Under the pieces are notes generated by a model. It did no database searches, had not been told where the DNA came from, and saw only the letters and a list, made by a program, of their open reading frames with translations. Positions 41,558 to 50,689 of a stretch of DNA of 64,000 bases are shown here, one piece after another. Position 1 is the stretch's first letter, and each line of letters opens with the position of its first letter. The DNA comes from Clostridia bacterium (GTDB lineage Bacteria; Bacillota; Clostridia; Christensenellales; Aristaeellaceae). The stretch covers positions 582 to 64,581 of the forward strand of contig DAISYX010000001.1 in NCBI GenBank assembly GCA_036825095.1, written 5' to 3'. The translations under genes were made by a program, and so were the position numbers.

Positions 41558-42985
41558 TTGCATACTATCACCGTGGTGGCCCTGGGGCCCGGCCACAGGG
41601 ATCTGATCACCCTGGGGGCGCTGAAACAGATGAAGAAGGCGGGCTGCCTTGTGCTGCGCACCGCCCGGCATGGGGCGGCGGCGCTTTTGGAGGAGGAAGG
41701 CGTCGCTTTTTCAAGCCTGGATCATCTGCACGAGGAAAGCCCGGATTTTGACGCCTTTGCCCGGGCGGCGGCCGGCCATGTGATTACCCTGGGCCGCAAG
41801 CGGGCGGTGAGCTATGCCGTGGCGGACCCGGCCCGGGATGAGACGGTGCGGCTGATCCGGGAAGAGGCGGGGGACAGCCTTCGGGTGCTGCCCGGGGTGC
41901 CCCTGGAGGGCCCCTTTGTGTCCCAGGTGGAAGCGGCGGGGCCCTTTTTGGTGTCAAGCGCCGTGTCCCTTCAGGTTTATAACGCCCAGCAGCCCCTGGT
42001 GGTGGTGGAGCTGAACAGCCGCCCCCTGGCGGGGGATGTGAAGCTGAAACTGCTGCCGGTCTATGGGGAGAATGCCCGGGTGCTGTTCTTTGCGCCCGGG
42101 GATCAGGGGCTGCGAAAGGGCGGCTGGATGCGTCTTCCTGACATTGACCGCCAGAAAAAATACGACCACCGGGCGGGTTTTATCGTGTTTCCTTTGCCGC
42201 TGCTTGAAAAAACCGCCTTTGACCCGGAGGATCTGCTGGCCCTTATGCGCCGTCTCAGGGGGCCTGAGGGCTGCCCCTGGGACAAAAAGCAGACCCATGA
42301 AAGCCTGGCTAAATACCTGGTGGAGGAGGCCAACGAGGCGGCGGCGGAGCTTCTGGCCGGGAACTGGGCGGAAGCTGCGGAGGAGCTGGGGGACGTGTTC
42401 CTTCAGCTGGCCTTCCACGCGGTGGTGGGGGAGGAGCAGGGCACCTTAAGCTGGGAGGAGATGCTGGAGAACATCTGCAAAAAGCTGATCCGACGCCATC
42501 CCCATATCTTTGGCCAGATGCATCTGGACACGGCGGAGGAAGTGAAGAAGACCTGGGATGAGATCAAGAAGGCGGAGCGGGGGGACAAAAGCCCCGGGGA
42601 GGCCATGCTGGCGGTGCCCGGCAGTTTCCCGCCTTTGATGCGGGCGGAAAAGGTGCAGGCCGCCGCGGCCCAGGTGGGCTTTGACTGGGAAGAAGCCAGC
42701 CAGGCCCTTGAGAAGGTGGAGGAGGAGGCGGAGGAACTGCGCCAGGCCCTGGGAAGGCCCGGGGAGGCGCTGGAAGAGCTGGGAGACCTGCTGTTCTCCT
42801 GCGTCAACACCGCCCGTTTGATGGGCGTTTCAGGGGGCCAGGCGCTCCATTTGGCCACCGAAAAGTTCATCCGCCGTTTTTTATGGATGGAAAGTGCGAT
42901 AAAATCAGACAAAAAGACGCTTAAAATGTTGACAAGCCTCGAAATGGGGGTATACTGGGAACGAAGTAAAATGAAAGTACAGTAG
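41558..42985 (+). CDS. mazG: Tetrapyrrole-methylase-like domain fused to MazG nucleoside triphosphate pyrophosphohydrolase (YabN-type)
   Basis: C-terminal tandem MazG repeats (ETHESLAKYLVEEANEAAAE... and EELGDLLFSCVNTAR). TTG start 7 nt after GGAGG. Confidence 0.8.
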   Translation: MHTITVVALGPGHRDLITLGALKQMKKAGCLVLRTARHGAAALLEEEGVAFSSLDHLHEESPDFDAFARAAAGHVITLGRKRAVSYAVADPARDETVRLIREEAGDSLRVLPGVPLEGPFVSQVEAAGPFLVSSAVSLQVYNAQQPLVVVELNSRPLAGDVKLKLLPVYGENARVLFFAPGDQGLRKGGWMRLPDIDRQKKYDHRAGFIVFPLPLLEKTAFDPEDLLALMRRLRGPEGCPWDKKQTHESLAKYLVEEANEAAAELLAGNWAEAAEELGDVFLQLAFHAVVGEEQGTLSWEEMLENICKKLIRRHPHIFGQMHLDTAEEVKKTWDEIKKAERGDKSPGEAMLAVPGSFPPLMRAEKVQAAAAQVGFDWEEASQALEKVEEEAEELRQALGRPGEALEELGDLLFSCVNTARLMGVSGGQALHLATEKFIRRFLWMESAIKSDKKTLKMLTSLEMGVYWERSKMKVQ

Positions 42986-43021
42986 TTTTGCTTTCATCAG
43001 ACTAATTTTGGAGGTAAGCGC

Positions 43022-43294
43022 ATGAATAAGACTGAGTTGATCGCCGCAGTGGCCAAAGCAACCGACATGAAGAAAGTTGATGCCGAGAAGACCGTCAACG
43101 CCGTACTGGCCACCATCCAGACCACCCTGAAGAAGGGCGAGAAGGTCCAGCTGATTGGTTTTGGCACCTTTGAAGCCAAGAAGCGCCCCGCCCGCACCGC
43201 CCGCAACCCCCGCACCGGCGAGCCGATCAAGGTGAAGGCTTCCAAGGCCCCCACCTTCAAGGCCAGCAAGACCTTCAAGGATCAGCTCAACTAA
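43022..43294 (+). CDS. hup: HU-family DNA-binding protein
   Basis: MNKTELIAAVA...GFGTFEAKKRPARTARNPRTGEPI is canonical HU sequence. Confidence 0.95.
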   Translation: MNKTELIAAVAKATDMKKVDAEKTVNAVLATIQTTLKKGEKVQLIGFGTFEAKKRPARTARNPRTGEPIKVKASKAPTFKASKTFKDQLN

Positions 43295-43313
43295 TCATCA
43301 GTTGCTCTGATAC

Positions 43314-43347
43314 GCTGCGGCGCAAAGCTCTTGCCCGCAGCTTTTTT
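43314..43347 (+). terminator. Rho-independent terminator after hup
   Basis: GCTGCGG / CCGCAGC stem followed by TTTTTT. Confidence 0.7.
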
Positions 43348-43368
43348 GTATTAAAGGAGGAGGGATTT

Positions 43369-43644
43369 ATGCGCCTGGACAAGTACCTTAAGGTGTCCCG
43401 CATCATCAAGCGCCGCACCGTGGCCAAGGAGGCCTGCGACGGCGGCCGGGTCAGCCTGAATGGCCGGACGGCCAAGGCCGGGGCGGAGGTGAAGGAAGGG
43501 GATGTGCTGGAAATCCGCTTTGGCAGCCGCCTGGGCCGCTATGAGATCACCCGCCTTCAGGAGACGGTGCGCAAGGACCAGGCGGCGGAGATGTACCGGG
43601 TGCTCCAGGAGGACGAGGAGACGCTGGCCACGAGGAGCAGCTGA
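43369..43644 (+). CDS. S4-domain RNA-binding protein (YabO-like)
   Basis: MRLDKYLKVSRIIKRRTVAKEACDGGRVSLNG is an S4 fold motif. Confidence 0.8.
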   Translation: MRLDKYLKVSRIIKRRTVAKEACDGGRVSLNGRTAKAGAEVKEGDVLEIRFGSRLGRYEITRLQETVRKDQAAEMYRVLQEDEETLATRSS

Positions 43645-44397
43645 GTGGAAAACTATCAGGACATCAACGCCCGGACCATTGACCGCTGGGTGGCGGAAGG
43701 CTGGGAGTGGGGGCAAGCGATCAGCCATGAGGTGTATCAGCGCGCCCGGCAGGGGGCGTGGCAGGTGGTGCTCACACCCAACCGCCCGGTGCCAAAGGAG
43801 TGGTTTGGTGCGCTTGAAGGCAAGGCCGTTTTGGGTCTGGCCTCCGGGGGCGGCCAGCAGATGCCGGTGTTTGCGGCCCTGGGGGCCCGGTGCACAGTGC
43901 TGGACTACTCGGAAAAGCAGCTGGAAAGCGAGCGCCTGGTGGCCGCCCGGGAAGGCTATGCCATTGAGATCATCCGGGGGGACATGACCAGGCCGCTGCC
44001 GTTTGCAGACAGCCGGTTTGATTTGGTCTTTCATCCCGTGTCCAACTGCTATGTGGAAAAGGTGGAACCCATTTTTAAGGAATGCTTCCGGGTGTTAAAA
44101 CCCGGCGGGGCGCTCTTGTGCGGCCTGGACACGGGGATCAACTACATTGTGGATGAAAAAGAGGAGCGGATCGTGTTCGGCCTGCCCTTTAACCCCTTGC
44201 TAAATCCCGGACACCGGCGCGTTCTGGAGGCCACGGACAGCGGCATCCAGTTCTCCCATACCCTGGAGGAGCAGCTTGGCGGGCAGCTGAAAGCGGGTTT
44301 CATCCTGACCCATCTTTTGGAGGACACCAACAGCACAGGCCGGCTGCGCGAGCTGAACATCCCCTCCTTTGTGATGACCCGGGCGGTGAAGCCCTAA
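43645..44397 (+). CDS. Class I SAM-dependent methyltransferase
   Basis: SAM motif I VLGLASGGGQQ, an acidic residue after beta-2 (VLDYSE), and LKPGGALL. GTG start follows GAGGAG. Confidence 0.7.
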   Translation: MENYQDINARTIDRWVAEGWEWGQAISHEVYQRARQGAWQVVLTPNRPVPKEWFGALEGKAVLGLASGGGQQMPVFAALGARCTVLDYSEKQLESERLVAAREGYAIEIIRGDMTRPLPFADSRFDLVFHPVSNCYVEKVEPIFKECFRVLKPGGALLCGLDTGINYIVDEKEERIVFGLPFNPLLNPGHRRVLEATDSGIQFSHTLEEQLGGQLKAGFILTHLLEDTNSTGRLRELNIPSFVMTRAVKP

Positions 44398-44444
44398 GAG
44401 AGCAAAGGGCCTGACGCCGTCAGGCTCTTGCGCGGGGGAAAGCG

Positions 44445-45194
44445 ATGCGTTTTTTGTTTGTGGGGGATACCCATTCCCATAAGGATCTGGACAAGCTGCG
44501 TTCACCAAAGGTTTCGCAGCTGGGTCTTGGCAGGCGGGACGCGCTGATCCACCTGGGGGATATGGGGGCGCCCTGGCGGGCGGACTGGGATCAGGTGCTG
44601 GCCTGGTGGCAGGAACTGCCCATGAAGGTGATCGTCTGCCTGGGAAACCATGAGAACTATGGCTGGATTATGCGCCAGCCCCTTATCCGGCGCTTTGGCT
44701 GCCGGGGCTTTGACCTGGGCGGGAACATTTTTGCCCCCCTGCCGGGGGAGACCGCCACCCTGGGGGGCAAGCGCTTTTGGTTTTATCCGGGCGGGCTGTC
44801 CATTGATTTTTTCTGGCGGCAGCTGGGGGTGGATGTCTTTCCGGAGGAGCTGCTCACCAAGCCCCGGGCGGAGGAAATCATCGTGGCCTATTTTAAGCGC
44901 CGGACGCCGGACTATCTCATCAGCCACGACGGCCCCCGCAGCTTTGTGGAGGCGCAGTTCGGTTTTTCCCTCCGGGTGCCGCCGGAGAGCTATTACGAGC
45001 ACATGAAAACAGCGCCCCACAGCCGCGCGCATCCCGCCTTTATGCTGGACAGGATATACGCCCAGGGGCGCTATAAAAAGTGGTTCTTCGGCCACCACCA
45101 TCAGGACGTTTCCGTAGGCGGCCTTAGCTGCCTGTTTCATCAGATGGTGCTGGAGGACAGCCGGAGCGGTGAAAGCCGGGTGATCCTGCCCTAA
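44445..45194 (+). CDS. Calcineurin-like metallophosphoesterase
   Basis: FVGDTHSH, LGDMG, GNHENY and a late GHHH motif. Confidence 0.7.
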   Translation: MRFLFVGDTHSHKDLDKLRSPKVSQLGLGRRDALIHLGDMGAPWRADWDQVLAWWQELPMKVIVCLGNHENYGWIMRQPLIRRFGCRGFDLGGNIFAPLPGETATLGGKRFWFYPGGLSIDFFWRQLGVDVFPEELLTKPRAEEIIVAYFKRRTPDYLISHDGPRSFVEAQFGFSLRVPPESYYEHMKTAPHSRAHPAFMLDRIYAQGRYKKWFFGHHHQDVSVGGLSCLFHQMVLEDSRSGESRVILP

Positions 45195-45203
45195 GCCTTT
45201 GCC

Positions 45204-45746
45204 TTATTCAGGGCTTTGCGCGTCAAAGGCGGGGATGAGGTAGCCGTAGCCTTTTTCTGCCATTTCCTCATAGGGCACGAAAAGCAGGGAGGCGGAGTTG
45301 ATGCAGTAGCGCAGGCCCCCCCGGTCCTGGGGGCCGTCGGTGAAGACATGGCCCAGGTGGGCCTCGCCGGAGCGGCTTTTCACCTCGGTGCGCACCATGC
45401 CATAGGAGAGATCCTTGTATTCCTTGATCAGCTCCTCTGTGATGGGTTTAACAAAGCTGGGCCAGCCGCAGCCGGCGTCATATTTGTCAAAGGAGAAGAA
45501 CAGAGGCTCCCCGGTGGTGATGTCCACATAGATGCCGGGGCGCTCTTCATTTAAGAGTTCCCCGGTGTAGGGGCGTTCGGTGTCCGCCTCCTGGGTCACC
45601 CGGTAGCTCAGCTCGCTTAAGGTGTTTTTAAGCTCCTCCGGGGAGGGGCTGGGGTAGCGGGGCACCAGCTCTTCCGCCTTTGCCGGATGGGACAAAAGGG
45701 AGAGGCAGGCCGCCGCCATGAGGATGAGGGCCAAATATTTCATCAT
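45204..45746 (-). CDS. msrB: Peptide-methionine (R)-S-oxide reductase MsrB with N-terminal signal peptide
   Basis: Signal peptide MMKYLALILMAAACLSLLSHPAKA, then GCGWPSF, HLGHVF and the catalytic RYCINS motif. Confidence 0.85.
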   Translation of the reverse strand: MMKYLALILMAAACLSLLSHPAKAEELVPRYPSPSPEELKNTLSELSYRVTQEADTERPYTGELLNEERPGIYVDITTGEPLFFSFDKYDAGCGWPSFVKPITEELIKEYKDLSYGMVRTEVKSRSGEAHLGHVFTDGPQDRGGLRYCINSASLLFVPYEEMAEKGYGYLIPAFDAQSPE

Positions 45747-45816
45747 GTCTCCTTAAAAATAAAAGTCAAAAAGCGGCGTAAAGCCGCTGATTTTTTGGCA
45801 AAAGGGGAGGGACAAG

Positions 45817-47745
45817 TCAGGCGTCCCCCTCCTTGCGGCGGGAGGCGCGGCGTTTGCGCGGTTCGGAGTCGTCAGGCGCGCCGGCAGGCTCCTGCTGCTG
45901 GTCTTCCCGGGTGAGGCGATAGCTGCTGCCGCCGTCCTCGCTGGTGGGCGGAGGGCTCACGACGGGGCTGTCCGCTTTGGCCGCCTCGTCCTTTTGGGCC
46001 AGGTATTTTTCATGGGGCAGGGTGATTTTTTCCTTGAGTTCCTCAGGCGCGCTGCTCTCCGCTGCCTCTGGTTCTGTGGCGGCGGGTTCGGCCGGCGTCT
46101 CCGTGGGCGGGGCGGTGTAGTCCCGGGTGCCGCTGACTTCAAAGGAGTCATAGGCCGCGTTGCTCTTGGCCCGGGCCCGGGCCCGGGCGGCGGAGCTGAC
46201 CACAAAGAGAATCAGCGCCAGGCCGAAAAGCACCCCCACCCCTAGGGTGGCGATGAACAGGGCATTGCGCGCGCCGGTGCCGGCGGCGTCCTGGGCATAA
46301 TCCTCAGGCAGAGGGGTTAAGGTGACCAGGGGCTCCGGGGTGACCACCACCTCCCGGGTGGGGGCCGCGGTGGGCGCCACATAGGGGATGTCCAGGGTGT
46401 TGGACTCAAAGGTCATCTGGGTGTCCTGCACGTCCGTGGCGATGGCGGAAAAGCGGAATTTGCCCGCCTGGGACACCTTGAAATCCCGGGTGATGGTCAT
46501 GCTTTGGCCGGGGGCCAAAACATTGATGGTATAGATATCCTGGCTGCCGTGGACAACGCGGATGTCCTTGGCTTCGTTGTTGCTGTCGTTGGTGACCACC
46601 AGGTCAAAGGTGATGTCCCCGGGCAGGGAGGAGATGGCCTCCTGACGGGAGGTGAGCACCAGGTTAAGCCTAAGCATCTGGCCTTCCGCATAGGCGGAGA
46701 CCTTCAGATCAGGCACCACCTCCTGCTGGGTGACGCCGGTGTTGTCCTCCAGGTTCAGGGTGAACTTGAAAGTGGCGGTCTCATTGAGGGTGACCTCTTT
46801 GGTGCGCTCCACCGTCTGCCCGGCGGGGATGGAGAGGTTGCTGAACACCTCCCCCAGGATGGGGTCGGTGACGGAAACATTGGAATAGGAGATGTTGCCC
46901 GCGTTCCTGAGGGTCAGGGTGAGGGTGGCGGTCTCCCCGATGTTCACCTGCTGCTTGTCCGAGGTGAGGGTGTAGTTAAGGGCGGGCCGGGCCAGGGGAA
47001 TCTGCACCGGGGCGATGGTCATCTGCTGGGTGGTGCGCTCCCCTTCCTGCCGGTAGGTGATCTGAGCGGAGCTGGTGAGGTCCGCTGTGGGGGAGGTTTT
47101 GGTGAAGGTGACCTGCCGGCTCTCCCCCGGGGCCAGGGAGGCCACCGTCTGGGTGCGGGTGGAGATCAGGCGGTTTTCACGGATCTGGATGTTGCTGAGG
47201 GTGACGTTGCCCTGGTTGACCAGGTCATAAAGCACCCGCGCTTCGCTGGTGCGGCGCACCACCTCAGGGGTGATGGTGCGGGTAACCTTCAGCGCCACCC
47301 GCTCGCCGGCGAACTCGATTTCCGCGGTGGCGGGCAGGTTGTGCTCCACGATGTTGCCCTGGGCATCGGTTTTGTTGTAGTTGAGGGTATAGACCAGCTT
47401 GCCTTCGTCCAGCTGGGCCTGGGTCACCTGGTACTGGCCCTGCCAGGGCATGCTCTGGCCGGACTTTAGGGGGAACAGAGAGCCGCCGTCACCAAAAGAG
47501 GTGACCAGCCTGCCGTCCGGATCCTTCAGCGACAGGGGCACGGTAATGTCCTCGTCACCGGCGTTTGCCACCCGGGCGGACACCGTGACGGTGCCGGGCG
47601 CCGTAAGGCTGGCCGGCTCAACGCTGAGGGTAAATGTGAGGCCCGCTTCAGCAGTGGTCGCAAAAGCGCCTGGCAAAAGGAGCAACACGGTGAGGGCCAC
47701 AACAATCATGGTGGCGCGGCGTCTATGCGCTATCAGGGCACTCAT
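45817..47745 (-). CDS. Type I membrane / surface protein with about five Ig-like (CARDB/DUF11-like) repeats, a C-proximal TM helix and a Pro/Glu/Ala-rich tail
   Basis: Signal peptide. Repeated modules carry N-x-G motifs (VANAGDEDITV, LVNQGNVTLSNIQI, LRNAGNISYSNVSV, VVTNDSNNEAKDIRV). TM segment ALFIATLGVGVLFGLALILFVV. Start taken at MSALIAHRRR (ATG 47745). Confidence 0.6.
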   Translation of the reverse strand: MSALIAHRRRATMIVVALTVLLLLPGAFATTAEAGLTFTLSVEPASLTAPGTVTVSARVANAGDEDITVPLSLKDPDGRLVTSFGDGGSLFPLKSGQSMPWQGQYQVTQAQLDEGKLVYTLNYNKTDAQGNIVEHNLPATAEIEFAGERVALKVTRTITPEVVRRTSEARVLYDLVNQGNVTLSNIQIRENRLISTRTQTVASLAPGESRQVTFTKTSPTADLTSSAQITYRQEGERTTQQMTIAPVQIPLARPALNYTLTSDKQQVNIGETATLTLTLRNAGNISYSNVSVTDPILGEVFSNLSIPAGQTVERTKEVTLNETATFKFTLNLEDNTGVTQQEVVPDLKVSAYAEGQMLRLNLVLTSRQEAISSLPGDITFDLVVTNDSNNEAKDIRVVHGSQDIYTINVLAPGQSMTITRDFKVSQAGKFRFSAIATDVQDTQMTFESNTLDIPYVAPTAAPTREVVVTPEPLVTLTPLPEDYAQDAAGTGARNALFIATLGVGVLFGLALILFVVSSAARARARAKSNAAYDSFEVSGTRDYTAPPTETPAEPAATEPEAAESSAPEELKEKITLPHEKYLAQKDEAAKADSPVVSPPPTSEDGGSSYRLTREDQQQEPAGAPDDSEPRKRRASRRKEGDA

Positions 47746-47808
47746 TCTGCCCATCCCTCCTTCCAGCGCGCTTTGCGCGCTTTGGCCGGAACCCAAATTA
47801 TTACAGAC

Positions 47809-47837
47809 ATCTTACATGACCAGAATAGCACTGTCAA
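47809..47837 (-). promoter_or_regulatory. Promoter TTGACA-17 nt-TAAGAT for the surface-protein gene
   Basis: The minus strand reads cTTGACAgtgctattctggtcatgTAAGATg. Confidence 0.5.
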
Positions 47838-47903
47838 GCGTTTCAGGTCTGTTTTGTCAGTAATGGCAGGCTTTTTCCCCGGCTGGTGCCCGCCTTCCGC
47901 TTT

Positions 47904-47912
47904 GTGATATAA
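47904..47912 (+). promoter_or_regulatory. Extended -10 element TGaTATAAT upstream of the PBP gene
   Basis: Exact TGNTATAAT match. It abuts the TTG at 47913 that opens the ORF-track model. Confidence 0.45.
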
Positions 47913-50672
47913 TTGCCACAAACCTATTGTACAGGAGGAAAGACCATCAGCAGGCTCTTTGAAAACAAGCCCTTCATCGAAGAAGAAGGCCCCATATACC
48001 AGGAGGAAAGGCCCCGCAGGCGTCTGTTCAAACGCCGCACGCGCAAGCCCAGCTTTGTCCTGGCCGTTATCATCAACACCTTCCAGATGCTGGTGCTGGT
48101 GGCGCTTTTGGCGGGCCTGGCGGGGATAGGCGCGGTGGTGGGCATCGCCAAGGCCTATGTGGAAACAGCGCCGGTTTTGGACATCGCAAAAATCAGCGAC
48201 CAGGACCAGACCTCCTTCTTCTATGACCGGGACGGCAACTTTATCACCGACTATAAGGGCACGGAAAACCGCATCATGGTGAGCATTGACACCATGCCCA
48301 GCCATCTTAGAAATGCCTTTGTGGCGGCGGAGGACGTGCGCTTTTACGGCCACAGCGGCGTGGATGTCAAGCGCATCATCGGCGCTTTTGTCACCAACTT
48401 CGTCTCCGGCTCCCAGCAGGGGGGCTCCACCATCACCCAGCAGCTGATTAAAAACACCCTGCTCTCCTCTGAGCAGAGCTATAAGCGAAAAATTCAGGAA
48501 GCCTATCTGGCCCTGCAGCTGGAAACCCGTTACACCAAGGACGAAATCCTGGAAAGCTACTTAAACACCATCTATCTGGGGGAGAACTACTACGGCGTTA
48601 AGGTGGCGGCGGAGGGCTTCTTTGGCAAGGAGCTCCACGAGCTGACCCTCAGGGAATGCGCCATGCTGGCGGGGATGACCACCAACCCCTACTACTACAA
48701 CTGCCGGCGCAACTTCTACACCCGCCAGGCGGAGGGCACGGACTACGTCGCCATCACCAACAACCGCACCAACTATGTCCTGCGGGTGATGTACGAAAAC
48801 CAGATGATCACCCATGCGGAGTTCACCGAGGCCCAGAGCGTGAGCACCGCCCACGTGCTGGAGCAGGACCCCCAGGTGCAGACCCTCTACCCCTATGTGC
48901 ACTATGTGGAATACGCGGTCAAGGATGTGGTGCAGACCCTGCTTAAGCTGGAAGGGCTGGAGAACACCTCCGCTAACCGCGCCAAGATGGAGACCAAGCT
49001 GCGCACCGGCGGCTACAAGGTTTACCTTGCCCTGGACACCCAGATGCAAAAAACCCTGGAGGACACCCTCTATAATTATAAGGACTACCCGGCCTTAAGG
49101 GACCCGGGTACGGAAACCCACCGCTCCGTCAACCCGGACGGCACCTTCACCGACATCATCCAGCCCCAGGCGGGGGCCGCCATCGTGGACTACCGCACCG
49201 GGGAGATCAAGGCCATTGTGGGCAGCCGTACAGCCCCCACCGCCCGGAAAACCTTAAACCGCGCGGTGGACATGAACATGCCCGTGGGCTCCTCCATCAA
49301 GCCCCTCACCGTCTATGCGCCCGCCTTTGATCTGGGCGCTGGCGGAGGCTCGGTGGCCTATAACATGCCGCTTCCCATCAGCGGCTGGCTGGGCAGCGAC
49401 CGGCAGGATTCCTGGCCTGAGAACTACGGCGGCAGCAGCTACCGGGGGCCGGAGAGCTTCCGCACCGCCCTGGTAAAATCCGACAACACCGCGGCCGCCT
49501 GGGTGATGATGAACTATGTGGGCGTGGACCGGGCGGCGGACTACCTGCGCCGCCTGGGCGCCGCGGAGGAGCGTATCTCCGAGACGCCCTTTGGCGTGGC
49601 TCTTGGCTCCTCAGGGCTTACCCCCCTTGAGATGGCCACCGCCTTTGGCGTGCTGGGCAACGGCGGGGTCTATCAGCAGCCCATCAGCTTTCTGGGTATT
49701 GTGGACAAGAACGGCGAGGTGCTCTATGACGCCCACGCCAGCCAGGAGCGCCGCCAGGTGTACAAGCCCTCCAGCGCCTGGCTGACGGTGGACATCCTAA
49801 AACAGGTGATCACGGACGGCACCGGGGGCGCTGCCCGGATCAGCGGGCAGACGGTGGCGGGCAAAACCGGCACCAACTCCGACCAGAAGGGCGTGTTTTT
49901 CAGCGGGATGACCGGCTGGTACTCCGCCGCGGTGTGGATTGGGCATGACAACTACAAGGCCCTCTCCTCCAAAACCACGGGGGGCAACTCCGCCGCCAAG
50001 CTGTGGCAGGCCTTCATGGCGCAGATTCATACCGACAAAAACCTGCAAAACCGGGATATTCTGGACGGCGGCCCGGAGAGCTATGGCTTAACCCGGGTGA
50101 CCACCTGCGCGGTGTCCGGGCAGCTGGCTACGGAGGCCTGCCGCCATGACGCCATGGGCTATGGCACCGTCACGGACTACGTCGCCCAGGAGGCGGCGCC
50201 CCAGGTGTACTGCCAGATGCACCAGAACATCACCATCTGTACGGCCAGCAACATGATCGCCGGGCCCTACTGCCCGCCGGAAACCCGGGCCACCCGAGGG
50301 GCCCTGGTGCTGCCCCAGGGGCACCCCCTGGCGCGCTTTGTGGGCACCCAGTACGCAAACGTTTTAAACCAGTACCTGGGCCCCTATGCGGCCGCAGGCA
50401 GCGGGCTGGGCTCCGCCCAAACCTGCACCCTGCACAACCATGAGGGGGATTACGGCCAGGGCCTGGTGACCAACACCCTGCTCCCGGATGCCCAGGCCCT
50501 TTTGGTGCAGGCATCGGCCCAGCTGGCCACCCTGGCGCCGGATTCCCCCCAGTATGAGGGACTGCTTGGCGCTATCAACAACCTAAACACCGTCATCGGC
50601 CAAAACCCGGGGCTGGATGCCCTGGCCGGCGCCATGGGGATTCTGACCCAGGCCATGGCCGCGGCCCAGTAG
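47913..50672 (+). CDS. Class A penicillin-binding protein (PBP1A-type glycosyltransferase/transpeptidase); true start uncertain
   Basis: GT51 motifs AAEDVRFYGHSGVD and GGSTITQQL. Transpeptidase motifs SSIKP, SDN and KTGT. Cys-rich C-terminal extension. See the finding on start-codon ambiguity. Confidence 0.9.
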   Translation: MPQTYCTGGKTISRLFENKPFIEEEGPIYQEERPRRRLFKRRTRKPSFVLAVIINTFQMLVLVALLAGLAGIGAVVGIAKAYVETAPVLDIAKISDQDQTSFFYDRDGNFITDYKGTENRIMVSIDTMPSHLRNAFVAAEDVRFYGHSGVDVKRIIGAFVTNFVSGSQQGGSTITQQLIKNTLLSSEQSYKRKIQEAYLALQLETRYTKDEILESYLNTIYLGENYYGVKVAAEGFFGKELHELTLRECAMLAGMTTNPYYYNCRRNFYTRQAEGTDYVAITNNRTNYVLRVMYENQMITHAEFTEAQSVSTAHVLEQDPQVQTLYPYVHYVEYAVKDVVQTLLKLEGLENTSANRAKMETKLRTGGYKVYLALDTQMQKTLEDTLYNYKDYPALRDPGTETHRSVNPDGTFTDIIQPQAGAAIVDYRTGEIKAIVGSRTAPTARKTLNRAVDMNMPVGSSIKPLTVYAPAFDLGAGGGSVAYNMPLPISGWLGSDRQDSWPENYGGSSYRGPESFRTALVKSDNTAAAWVMMNYVGVDRAADYLRRLGAAEERISETPFGVALGSSGLTPLEMATAFGVLGNGGVYQQPISFLGIVDKNGEVLYDAHASQERRQVYKPSSAWLTVDILKQVITDGTGGAARISGQTVAGKTGTNSDQKGVFFSGMTGWYSAAVWIGHDNYKALSSKTTGGNSAAKLWQAFMAQIHTDKNLQNRDILDGGPESYGLTRVTTCAVSGQLATEACRHDAMGYGTVTDYVAQEAAPQVYCQMHQNITICTASNMIAGPYCPPETRATRGALVLPQGHPLARFVGTQYANVLNQYLGPYAAAGSGLGSAQTCTLHNHEGDYGQGLVTNTLLPDAQALLVQASAQLATLAPDSPQYEGLLGAINNLNTVIGQNPGLDALAGAMGILTQAMAAAQ

Positions 50673-50689
50673 GGCCGGCGGGGGTCTTT

